Part shown: positions 52,844-61,771 of the stretch, one piece after another
Layout of the letters: each line of letters opens with the position of its first letter
Position numbering within the stretch: position 1 is the first letter of the stretch
Source of the DNA: Minisyncoccota bacterium
GTDB lineage: Bacteria; Patescibacteriota; Minisyncoccia; Phycocordibacterales; UBA9973
Reading direction: 5' to 3'
DNA length: 62,319 nt
NCBI GenBank assembly: GCA_035510575.1
Contig: DATKGV010000006.1
Location: forward strand, 1-62,319
Made by a program: the position numbers and the translations under genes
Notes under the pieces: model-generated
What the model saw: the letters and a program-made list of their open reading frames with translations, nothing else
What the model was told of the DNA's origin: nothing
The model's database searches: none

Positions 52844-53485
52844 ATGCAAGCTATTGATGGAATATTTTATATAGCAGTCCTTATAATGTCCGTAGTCGTC
52901 CATGAATATGCTCACGGCTATGCGGCTTATCTTTTGGGCGATAATACGGCACGTTTAAGCGGCCGCCTGACATTAAATCCTATCAAGCATCTGGATCTTT
53001 TTGGATCAATAATTTTGCCTTTGCTTCTTATAATTATGAAAGCCGGTTTTCTGGTCGGGTGGGCCAAGCCGGTGCCTTATAATCCCAACAATTTGCGCGA
53101 TAAGAAAAAAGGAACCATCATAGTTGCCGTGGCTGGCATCGCCGCCAACATTACTATTGCCATTTTGTTCGGCCTGCTGATACGATTTGCCCCGTTTTTC
53201 GGTTTGCCCGCATACACTTCTGACCTGTTATTGCTTAACCCATTTTATAAGATAGCGACAATTATAGTCCTGCTTAATTTAGTTCTGGCAATTTTCAACC
53301 TGATACCGATTCCTCCGCTTGATGGGTCAAAAATCCTATTTTCAATTATTCCGCCAAAATTTCAATATATTGAAAATTTCTTGGAAAGATGGGGCATATT
53401 TATCTTGCTTTTCTTCATAATTTTTCTTTGGAGTGAAGTTTCTCCGCTGATATATGCGCTGTTTTCTTTAATTACCGGATTGTAG
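52844..53485 (+). CDS. Site-2 protease family (M50) membrane metalloprotease
   Basis: HEYAHGYAA (HExxH) and NLIPIPPLDGS. Confidence 0.85.
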   Translation: MQAIDGIFYIAVLIMSVVVHEYAHGYAAYLLGDNTARLSGRLTLNPIKHLDLFGSIILPLLLIIMKAGFLVGWAKPVPYNPNNLRDKKKGTIIVAVAGIAANITIAILFGLLIRFAPFFGLPAYTSDLLLLNPFYKIATIIVLLNLVLAIFNLIPIPPLDGSKILFSIIPPKFQYIENFLERWGIFILLFFIIFLWSEVSPLIYALFSLITGL

Positions 53486-53511
53486 TATTCATGTTATAAT
53501 CTAGGTATAAC

Positions 53512-55782
53512 ATGAAGATTGTTTTATTTTTTAAATACCTATTTAAAAATCATTGGCCTCGCGTCCTCTCGGTCTTTTTCTTCGTTTTACTGCTCATATC
53601 ATACGCCAGAATATTCGCTATCGGTTCGCCGTATGCGCCGGGCGCAACTCTTGACCCGGCTTGTGTCCCGGGAGAGACAAACTGCATAGTTCAGACCTTG
53701 CCTGATCAGACAGGCCACCCAGGCGATGTCTTAACTACTGATGGCACAACCACAAGCTGGGCAGCAGGCGGTGGCGGAGAACCAGTAATTACTCTCGGAA
53801 CTACTTCTCAATATTGGCGTGGCGACAAATCATGGCAAACATTAGACACATTGGCTGTTGCAGAAAACACCAAACTGTATTTCACTAACACAAGAGCCAT
53901 AGGTTCCACTTTAACTGGCTATACATCAGGATCTGGAACAATATCTTCTGCAGATTCAATCCTTTCTGCAATTCAAAAACTCAATGGAAATATTGGAGCC
54001 ATATCTGTGCCATCTGCCAGAACAGCGGGAAATGTTGGTATTGGATACTTAAATTACAACGGAACCACAAAAGCTGCTGGTCAACTTGATGGAGGAGCAA
54101 CAGCTCCATCTCATACTACACGATTGAATTATGATGGTTATTTGTATGCAACTAAAATATTTAATGCAAGCGGTGAAATAACACAAGGAGGAGGATTACT
54201 TGGCTCGACAAATTCACTAGGTAATGAAACTTGGCTGGGAACAAGTGTTACAAATATGGGAACGGCAGCAACTTTAAATACTGTATTTTTGGGACTTGGT
54301 TCCGGTGAAAATGCAACTAACGCCACTTTCTCAACTTTCGTTGGTGTTGACGCAGGTCAAAATTCTACCGAAGCTACTTTTTCAAATTTTATTGGTAATG
54401 GTACTGGTGCTCTTGCTATCAATGCTTCCTTCTCAGATTTTATGGGTGCTGGTGCCGGTCAAGGTGCTACTAACGCAGCTAATTCTATATTTATTGGATA
54501 TCAAGCAGGTAATGGTGATTTGGTTGATAATGTAACAATTCCCGGCACTTCCATCTTAATCGGTGATAACACAAGCACTGGCACATTCTCAAACTCAATA
54601 GCAATTGGCTCAACTGCTACCAACTCAATGTCAAACCAATTCCTAATTGCTCCTGCATATAATAACTGGCAAATAGCTGGAGTTAATTATGTAATGCCGG
54701 CTTCTCAAGGTGGAGCAGGTACTATACTTATTAATGATGGCTCGGGAGGATTAAGTTGGGGAACTATAACGGTAACCACTAATTTTTCATTAGTTAATAA
54801 TTCAAATGATGATAGTATACAATTAGCCAATAATTCTACTGGAGTTGGTCTCTATACAGATAATAATTCTACAGGATATGCTTCATTTATAAGTAATAAT
54901 TCTACTGGGTATGGTTTGTTTATACGTAGCCCCTTAGGTGTTCCTCTAAGAATAGTAGATGGCTCTTCTAATGTAAAATTTAACGTAGATAAAGATGGAA
55001 ACATAACTTCTGCAACTCTTGCAGGTGTGGGTAATAGAGCAGTGTATTCAGATGCTAATGGGGTGCTTACAAATACATCATCAGACGCAAGATTAAAGAA
55101 AAATGTTGAAACTTTATCAGATAATCTTGATGTACTATTAACATTATCAAAATTGCGTGGCGTTTATTATAATTGGGATACTTCAATACCGGCCGTAGCT
55201 AACCTAGGTTCTCAGCGTGAAATTGGTATGATTGCTCAGGAAGTTCAAGCTGTAATGCCAGAGTTAGTAGGTCAGAATAGCACCGGATATTTATCTCTTG
55301 ATTATCCTAAATTGACTGCCTATCTGGTAGAAGTTGCCAAAGCTGAGCAAGCCGAAATAACTAATCTTAATCTTAAAGTCGCCGACCTGTCATCGCTTGA
55401 TACGACTAATGCCACATCACTGGGGTCGCTGATTAAGGAATTCTTGGAAGATGTAAAGAATGGTATAGGAACTGTATTCTTTGATCAGGTTAATACAAAG
55501 AAATTATGCCTTGATGATTTGTGCATTAATAAAGATCAACTACAGCAAGTATTGAACCAAATTCCCGCCACAAATAGCGCAACCGCGCTACCTTCTGCGC
55601 CAGACGCTCCAGCACCGCCGGAAAGTTCAACGACTGATACCTCAACTGCTTCGGCGCCAGATACGGCAAATGATTCTTCCCAGACCCCTTCAACTACAAA
55701 CGATCCAACTGCAAATACTTCAACCACTACGGATACTTCAACTTCTACAACAACGCCAAATACGACTAACGCTTCAAATTAG
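53512..55782 (+). CDS. Membrane-anchored tail-fibre-like protein with a peptidase S74 intramolecular-chaperone domain
   Basis: N-terminal TM helix. G/N/T-rich beta-helix-like middle region. SSDARLKKNVETL...LRGVYYNW...REIGMIAQEV..VMPELV...YLSLDYPKLTAYL (about nt 55078-55370). T/P-rich C-terminal tail. Confidence 0.7.
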   Translation: MKIVLFFKYLFKNHWPRVLSVFFFVLLLISYARIFAIGSPYAPGATLDPACVPGETNCIVQTLPDQTGHPGDVLTTDGTTTSWAAGGGGEPVITLGTTSQYWRGDKSWQTLDTLAVAENTKLYFTNTRAIGSTLTGYTSGSGTISSADSILSAIQKLNGNIGAISVPSARTAGNVGIGYLNYNGTTKAAGQLDGGATAPSHTTRLNYDGYLYATKIFNASGEITQGGGLLGSTNSLGNETWLGTSVTNMGTAATLNTVFLGLGSGENATNATFSTFVGVDAGQNSTEATFSNFIGNGTGALAINASFSDFMGAGAGQGATNAANSIFIGYQAGNGDLVDNVTIPGTSILIGDNTSTGTFSNSIAIGSTATNSMSNQFLIAPAYNNWQIAGVNYVMPASQGGAGTILINDGSGGLSWGTITVTTNFSLVNNSNDDSIQLANNSTGVGLYTDNNSTGYASFISNNSTGYGLFIRSPLGVPLRIVDGSSNVKFNVDKDGNITSATLAGVGNRAVYSDANGVLTNTSSDARLKKNVETLSDNLDVLLTLSKLRGVYYNWDTSIPAVANLGSQREIGMIAQEVQAVMPELVGQNSTGYLSLDYPKLTAYLVEVAKAEQAEITNLNLKVADLSSLDTTNATSLGSLIKEFLEDVKNGIGTVFFDQVNTKKLCLDDLCINKDQLQQVLNQIPATNSATALPSAPDAPAPPESSTTDTSTASAPDTANDSSQTPSTTNDPTANTSTTTDTSTSTTTPNTTNASN

Positions 55783-55799
55783 TTGAAAATAAAGTTATA

Positions 55800-57848
55800 A
55801 TGAACAAAGTTATGAATTTTGCATTCACAAAATATTTCAAATATATTTTTTTCTTAATCTTAATGCTGTTTTGCTTGGCATTTAAAACTGATGCCTCTAT
55901 AATAGTCGGCACTATCAGTCCTACAAGCAATACTGCGCAGGTCTGCGAGACGCCCAGTTGCACTGTCTCTGCCACTTCGCCTGTGAACTTCGGCTATTTT
56001 ACGACTGCCACAAGCGCAAATGTCATTGTGACAGACACCGAACTTACCGGCTATATATGGGGCAAGTCCTTCGGCTGGGCGGTTCTTAATTGCGCAAACA
56101 CGACAAGCGGATGCAGTTCCACAAATGGCAATTTTAAAGTCGCGAATAATTTTAATGGAACATTGTCCGGTTACGCCTGGGGTGATAATTCTGGTTGGAT
56201 AAATTTCGGCCCATTTGGAAACAGTCCGACAAGCCAGATAACAATTAATGGTTCCGGCCAATTTAACGGCTATGCTTGGAGCCAAAATTACGGCTGGATA
56301 AAATTTAATTGCTCAGATCCGAATTATTGCGTGGCAACCGATTGGCGGCCGCGCAACACTCGTCCGGAGTGCAGCGACGGCATTGATAATGATGGCGATG
56401 GTCTTATTGATAGCGCAGATCCTGGTTGTCATACGGATGGCAATGCAAGCAATTCAGGCTCCTATGATCCGACTGACAATACTGAATTCACTTCTTCTGC
56501 CGGACCAATCAGTCCTCCTGCGCCTCCTGCTCCGCCTGGACCAATTACTCCACCCGTAACTCCACCAGAGACCCCTCCGGTTACACCTCCTGAAACTCCA
56601 CCTGTTACTCCACCTGTTACCCCGCCAGAAACAGTACCTCCACCCGTCACTCCTCCTGAAACTCCGCCGGTTACACCTCCAGAGACCCCGCCAGCAACTC
56701 CTCCCGAGACGCCTCCCGTCACACCGCCATCAATATCCGATATAGCTGGGACTATAACGAACACCATAAGCAACGGCGCAAGCGTGGTTGGCAGTTTGGT
56801 GTCTTCTGTATTAGGAGGAATAAATGATAACGCTAAAGTTGCGAAAGTTATTGCAACCAAAGCGGCTAAAAAAACTTCTGAAGTATTAAATACTCCTGCC
56901 GGCGATGTAACCGCCAAAACTGTCGTAACACTAGGCGCCGTATCCGGAGTATCTTTCAGCTTGGCGACCGCTTTGTTTGCCAATCCTCTTTCTTTTTCTG
57001 AAATATTTCTCATCCCTCTGCGCTTATGGGGTCTTTTGATGACAGCCCTTGGATTCAAAAAGCGCAATAGGCCATGGGGAACGGTCTATGACAGCGTCAC
57101 CAAACAGCCGCTTGATCCGGCTTATGTTGTCCTAGAGGATTTGAACGGCAATGAAGTGGCGACATCTATTACGGACTTGGATGGACGCTACGGATTCCTT
57201 GTGGCTCCCGGCCAATACAAGATGATTGCCAATAAGACGAATTATAATTTTCCTTCAAAGAATATGGCCGGCAAGGCAAACGACGAAATCTATCAGGATC
57301 TTTATTCAAATGAAGTTATTGATCTTGTCGCCGGGGGAGTCATCACCAAGAACATTCCGATGGATCCGATAAATTTTGACTGGAATGAATTTGCCAAAAA
57401 AGAGCAAAGCTTGATGAAATTTTATTCAAAAAAAGATGTCTGGCTTGCCCGCGTATCAAACATACTTTTCATTTTTGGTTTTTCAGTCACAGCTATTGCC
57501 ATGCTGGCGGCGCCCAAGACCTATAATATTGCCACCTTTGCGGTTTATGTCGCTCTATTTGTTTTGAAGCACACAGTGCTCAAACCAAGGCCTTTCGGCA
57601 ATGTGAAATATAAAGGAACAGACAGGCCGTTATCATTCGCCGTCATGAGAATATTCTCCGTCGGGGCCGAGCATGAAATAACTCATAAAATTACGGATAA
57701 AAACGGCAAATATTACTGTCTAGTTCCTAATGGCTTGTATTATGTGAAGATAGAAAATAAAAATCCTGATGCCAGCTATAGTTTGATATATACATCCGAG
57801 AATATTGAAGTCAAAGGAGGGTATATAAATAAGATGTTTGAGGTGTAA
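55800..57848 (+). CDS. Large surface protein: GYxWGxxxGW repeats, a PPxTPPET tandem-repeat linker, a TM region and a CarboxypepD_reg-like domain
   Basis: Signal peptide. GYIWGKSFGWAVLNC / GYAWGDNSGWINFG / GYAWSQNYGWIKFNC. ECSDGIDNDGDGLIDSADPGC. TDLDGRYGFLVAPGQYKM. Confidence 0.65.
   Translation: MNKVMNFAFTKYFKYIFFLILMLFCLAFKTDASIIVGTISPTSNTAQVCETPSCTVSATSPVNFGYFTTATSANVIVTDTELTGYIWGKSFGWAVLNCANTTSGCSSTNGNFKVANNFNGTLSGYAWGDNSGWINFGPFGNSPTSQITINGSGQFNGYAWSQNYGWIKFNCSDPNYCVATDWRPRNTRPECSDGIDNDGDGLIDSADPGCHTDGNASNSGSYDPTDNTEFTSSAGPISPPAPPAPPGPITPPVTPPETPPVTPPETPPVTPPVTPPETVPPPVTPPETPPVTPPETPPATPPETPPVTPPSISDIAGTITNTISNGASVVGSLVSSVLGGINDNAKVAKVIATKAAKKTSEVLNTPAGDVTAKTVVTLGAVSGVSFSLATALFANPLSFSEIFLIPLRLWGLLMTALGFKKRNRPWGTVYDSVTKQPLDPAYVVLEDLNGNEVATSITDLDGRYGFLVAPGQYKMIANKTNYNFPSKNMAGKANDEIYQDLYSNEVIDLVAGGVITKNIPMDPINFDWNEFAKKEQSLMKFYSKKDVWLARVSNILFIFGFSVTAIAMLAAPKTYNIATFAVYVALFVLKHTVLKPRPFGNVKYKGTDRPLSFAVMRIFSVGAEHEITHKITDKNGKYYCLVPNGLYYVKIENKNPDASYSLIYTSENIEVKGGYINKMFEV
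56511..56729 (+). repeat. Imperfect 12/24-nt tandem repeats encoding (P-P-V/E-T) units
   Basis: Reiterated actccacctgttac/acacctcctgaaac units. The protein reads PPVTPPETPPVTPPETPPVTPPVTPPET... Confidence 0.8.
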
Positions 57849-57923
57849 AAAAGGTCTTGCTTTTTTGACTGCATTATAGTAAAGTATTTCAACTAGTCAT
57901 TTTTGGCTATTTTATTTTTTCTT

Positions 57924-58349
57924 ATGCCTACAATCAATCAATTGGTTCGCAAGAGCCGCAAAATAACTAAAAAGAAATCCAAAGCCGTAGCTCTGGCCCG
58001 CGGTTTTAATTCCATCAAGAATAGGCCGGTTTTTTATCCTGCGCCATTCAAGCGCGGCGTCTGCACCAAAGTTTCCACGACTACTCCCAAGAAGCCGAAC
58101 TCAGCTCTGCGAAAAATTGCCCGCGTCCGGCTTACGAACGGAATGGAAGTGACAGCTTATATTCCTGGCGAGGGCCACAATCTCCAAGAGCACTCAGTCG
58201 TCATGATTCGCGGCGGGCGCGTCAAGGACTTGATCGGAGTGCGATATCATATAGTGCGCGGACGGCTTGATGCCACAGGCGTGGAAAAGCGCAAGCAGTC
58301 AAGAAGTTTATACGGCGTAAAAACTCCAAAGGCGCCAGTTAAAAAATAA
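57924..58349 (+). CDS. rpsL: 30S ribosomal protein S12
   Basis: [10 protein letters not shown]...[21 protein letters not shown]...[10 protein letters not shown]...[13 protein letters not shown]. Confidence 0.95.
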   Translation: MPTINQLVRKSRKITKKKSKAVALARGFNSIKNRPVFYPAPFKRGVCTKVSTTTPKKPNSALRKIARVRLTNGMEVTAYIPGEGHNLQEHSVVMIRGGRVKDLIGVRYHIVRGRLDATGVEKRKQSRSLYGVKTPKAPVKK

Positions 58350-58360
58350 TTTTAAACAAT

Positions 58361-58831
58361 ATGCGAAGAAAAATTACAAATAGAAACATAGTGAATCCCG
58401 ACATAGTATATAAATCCCAAAAGCTTGCAAAGTTTATAAACAATATTATGCTGAATGGGAAAAAAGAGGCTGCCCGCAAATCAGTTTATATGGCCTTTAA
58501 TATTATCAAGGAAAAAACCGGCAATCCGAATCCTCTTGAAATTTTTGATACGGCCATAAAGAACGCCGGTCCGCAGGTTGAAGTCAGATCGCGACGAATC
58601 GGCGGCGCTAATTATCAAGTTCCCCGCGAAGTTCGTCCGGAACGCCGCATAGCTTTAGCAATGCGATGGATCATTGAAGCTGCCCGCAATAAGAAAGGAG
58701 CTCCGATACATGAAAAACTTGCTGAAGAATTAATTCTTGCTTCCAAGAACGAAGGCATAGCCGTCAAAAAGCGCGATGACACTCATAAAATGGCGGAAAG
58801 CAACAAGGCCTTCGCTCATTTTGCTTGGTAA
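58361..58831 (+). CDS. rpsG: 30S ribosomal protein S7
   Basis: ...NIMLNGKK..A......A......P.EVRSRRIGGANYQVP.EV...RR.ALA.RW. Confidence 0.95.
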   Translation: MRRKITNRNIVNPDIVYKSQKLAKFINNIMLNGKKEAARKSVYMAFNIIKEKTGNPNPLEIFDTAIKNAGPQVEVRSRRIGGANYQVPREVRPERRIALAMRWIIEAARNKKGAPIHEKLAEELILASKNEGIAVKKRDDTHKMAESNKAFAHFAW

Positions 58832-59530
58832 ACCCGCACACTCATATTACTATAGTTGCAATGTGGGTGTTTTCGTTTGTGTATCACAGATAATAATATT
58901 TAAAAATAATCTTATTTAAAGTAATAAATATAATATTGCAACAAAAACACAATAGTAATATGAGTGTGCGGGTAAATCTAAATCAGACAATTATGTATAA
59001 GTGTCTGAGCAGGAACTATCCTAAACTTCTAGAAATTCTTTCTTTTAGAAACCTTCTACTATTACCTCTTAATTTAAGAGCTTGCTCTCTTTCGCGAGCA
59101 TCTTTTTCATTTTTATATGCTTCATAATAAACAAGTTCGAATGGAATTCTAAATTGAGTTGAAAAAGATTTTCCATTTTGATGTTCATCAACTCTTCTCT
59201 TGAGATTGTTTGTACTCCCAATATATAGTTCTTTATCTTTTTGACTTTTTAGAATATAAACATAAAACATATATAAATAATAGCATATTAATTACTCCCC
59301 GAAAGGGGATTTTGCAAAAAAAGGGATTATGTTATATATTGTAGAAAGCGCATTAGGCGCTTTTTATTAACTTAACAAATTATATACGCTCAGTTCAAGT
59401 GATCTCGTAGTTTGGGTTTGGGTTTACCCGCACACTCAATATTACGAAGTGGCTTCGCCACGCACCATGCCCGCACACTTATGTATAAGTGTCTGGGCTA
59501 GGTGCATCGCAATATTGAGTGTTCGGGTAT
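58832..59530 (-). mobile_element. ~700-bp GIY-YIG cassette with palindromic ACCCGCACAC-type repeats, filling the rpsG-fusA spacer
   Basis: Perfect 22-bp stem 58832-58853 / 58952-58973. 17-nt direct repeat ttatgtataagtgtctg at 58991-59007 and 59479-59495. 19-bp stem 59425-59443 / 59511-59529 ending 1 nt before the fusA ATG. Confidence 0.55.
59016..59270 (-). CDS. GIY-YIG nuclease family protein (84 aa), paralog of 26258-26512
   Basis: MFYVYILKS...LYIGSTNNLKRRVDEHQ...YYEAY...AREREQALK. Confidence 0.85.
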   Translation of the reverse strand: MFYVYILKSQKDKELYIGSTNNLKRRVDEHQNGKSFSTQFRIPFELVYYEAYKNEKDAREREQALKLRGNSRRFLKERISRSLG

Positions 59531-61675
59531 ATGGAACGAGATTATCCACTAGAGAAAGTCAGAAATTTTGGAATTATAGCCCACATTGACGCCGGCAAGA
59601 CCACCACTACCGAGCGCGTGCTTTATTATACCGGCGTATCGCACAAGATCGGCGAAGTCCATGAAGGCGATACTATTATGGACTGGATGGAGCAGGAGCG
59701 CGAACGCGGCATTACCATTACTTCTGCCGCAACTACCTGTTTTTGGACGCCGACTTATGCTGATATCAAAGATAAATTAAAAAAGCATCGTTTTAATATT
59801 ATTGATACTCCGGGCCACATTGATTTTACCGTGGAAGTGAAGAGATCGCTTCGCGTGCTTGATGGCGCTGTTGTTGTTTTCGACGGCGTAGCCGGAGTCG
59901 AACCTCAAAGCGAAACCAATTGGCGCTATGCCGACGAAGCGCAAGTGCCCAGAGTTTGCTTCATCAACAAGCTTGATCGCACCGGCGCATCATTTGAACA
60001 TTCTTATAAAACTATTCTTGAACGCTTGAATAAAAATGCTGTCCGCATGCAAATTCCCATCGGGCTTGAAGATAATTTTGAAGGCGTCATAGATCTGCTT
60101 CGCATGAAGGCCTATTATTTTGAAGGCGATATGGGCAATAAAGTCGTTGAAAAAGACATACCCGAAAATTTAAAGGCCGAAGCGGAAAAATACCATCATG
60201 AATTGATCGAAAAAATTGTTGAACAGGATGATGCGGTTATGACTGAATATCTTGATGGAAAAATTCCAGACATATTGATACTCAAAAGTATAATGCGCAA
60301 GGCCGTTATTGCCAACAAAATATTTCCGGTATTTGCAGGCAGCGCGCTTAAGAATAAAGGCATTCAGCTTATACTTGATGCCGTCGTGGATTATCTTCCT
60401 AGTCCGCTTGATATTCCGGCCATAAAAGGAATTAATCCTGAAAATGAAGAAATTATAGAGCGTGTTGCTTCGGACGAAGAACCGTTTTCGGCGCTTGCCT
60501 TCAAAGTTGCCACGGACCCGTTCGTCGGACAGATTATTTTCTTCCGGGTTTATTCGGGCACACTTTCCGCCGGAAGCTACGTTTATAATCCTCGCACTCG
60601 CAACAAAGAGCGCATCGGAAGAATACTGCGCATGCATGCTAATGAACGCGAAGAAGTGAAGAAAGTTTTTGCCGGCGAGATTGCCGCCGCTGTCGGGCTT
60701 AAAGACACAATCACTTCGGACACTCTTTGCGATGAAGAGCATCCTATTGAGCTTTATCGCATCGTCTTTCCGGAACCGGTTATCTCTTTGCGCGTTGAAC
60801 CGAAAACGAAAGCCGACCAAGAGAAAATGGGCATGGCGCTTTCCCGCCTAGCCCAAGAAGATCCGACCTTCCGCGTCACGACCGATTCTGAAACGAATGA
60901 GACCATTATTTCCGGAATGGGAGAGCTTCATCTTGAAATTATTGTTGACCGCATGAGGCGCGAATTCTCTGTTGAAACAAATGTCGGCAAGCCGCAAGTG
61001 GCATATCGCGAAACAATAACTGGTACTGCAAGCATGGAAGGCAAATACATTAAGCAGTCAGGCGGGAGAGGCAATTACGGCCATGTCAAAATCAAGGTTA
61101 AGCCGATGGATATGACTGTTGATGAAACCGATCTTCCTAAAAATACTAAACGTGAAAAAGGTTTTGAATTTATCAACACCATCAAGGGAGGAGTTATTCC
61201 CCAAGAATATATTCCAGCTTGCGAGAAAGGATTCAAGGAAGGGCTCGACAGAGGAGTGATTGCCGGATTCAAGCTGGTTAATGTTTCTGTCGAGCTTTAT
61301 GATGGAAGTTATCATGAAGTTGATTCCAATGAAATGGCTTTCAAGATCGCAGCTTCCATGGCAGTGCAGGATGCCTGTAAAATGGCTCGCCCGGTAATTC
61401 TTGAACCAATGATGAAAGTTGAAGTTGTGACCCCCGATAAATTCATAGGCGATGTGACTGGAAGCTTATCATCGAAGCGCGGTCTCATCGAAGGCACGGA
61501 AGCCCGCGGATTAAATCAAGCAGTCAGAGCTGTTGTTCCTCTGTCTGAAATGTTCGGATACATGACGACTCTCCGTTCTATGACTGAAGGCCGAGCTGGA
61601 TTCACGATGGAATTCTTGCGTTATGATGTAGTTCCGCAGAATGTTGCCACGGCAATCATAGAATCAAGAAAATAA
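59531..61675 (+). CDS. fusA: Elongation factor G
   Basis: [31 protein letters not shown]. Full five-domain length. Confidence 0.95.
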   Translation: MERDYPLEKVRNFGIIAHIDAGKTTTTERVLYYTGVSHKIGEVHEGDTIMDWMEQERERGITITSAATTCFWTPTYADIKDKLKKHRFNIIDTPGHIDFTVEVKRSLRVLDGAVVVFDGVAGVEPQSETNWRYADEAQVPRVCFINKLDRTGASFEHSYKTILERLNKNAVRMQIPIGLEDNFEGVIDLLRMKAYYFEGDMGNKVVEKDIPENLKAEAEKYHHELIEKIVEQDDAVMTEYLDGKIPDILILKSIMRKAVIANKIFPVFAGSALKNKGIQLILDAVVDYLPSPLDIPAIKGINPENEEIIERVASDEEPFSALAFKVATDPFVGQIIFFRVYSGTLSAGSYVYNPRTRNKERIGRILRMHANEREEVKKVFAGEIAAAVGLKDTITSDTLCDEEHPIELYRIVFPEPVISLRVEPKTKADQEKMGMALSRLAQEDPTFRVTTDSETNETIISGMGELHLEIIVDRMRREFSVETNVGKPQVAYRETITGTASMEGKYIKQSGGRGNYGHVKIKVKPMDMTVDETDLPKNTKREKGFEFINTIKGGVIPQEYIPACEKGFKEGLDRGVIAGFKLVNVSVELYDGSYHEVDSNEMAFKIAASMAVQDACKMARPVILEPMMKVEVVTPDKFIGDVTGSLSSKRGLIEGTEARGLNQAVRAVVPLSEMFGYMTTLRSMTEGRAGFTMEFLRYDVVPQNVATAIIESRK

Positions 61676-61771
61676 TTTAAATGCTATAATATTATAGGAT
61701 AAATTTCCCTATATCCTAGCTAGCTTGCGAGAAGTTTTATTGTATGTTATAATGCGCGCGTATAACATAAT

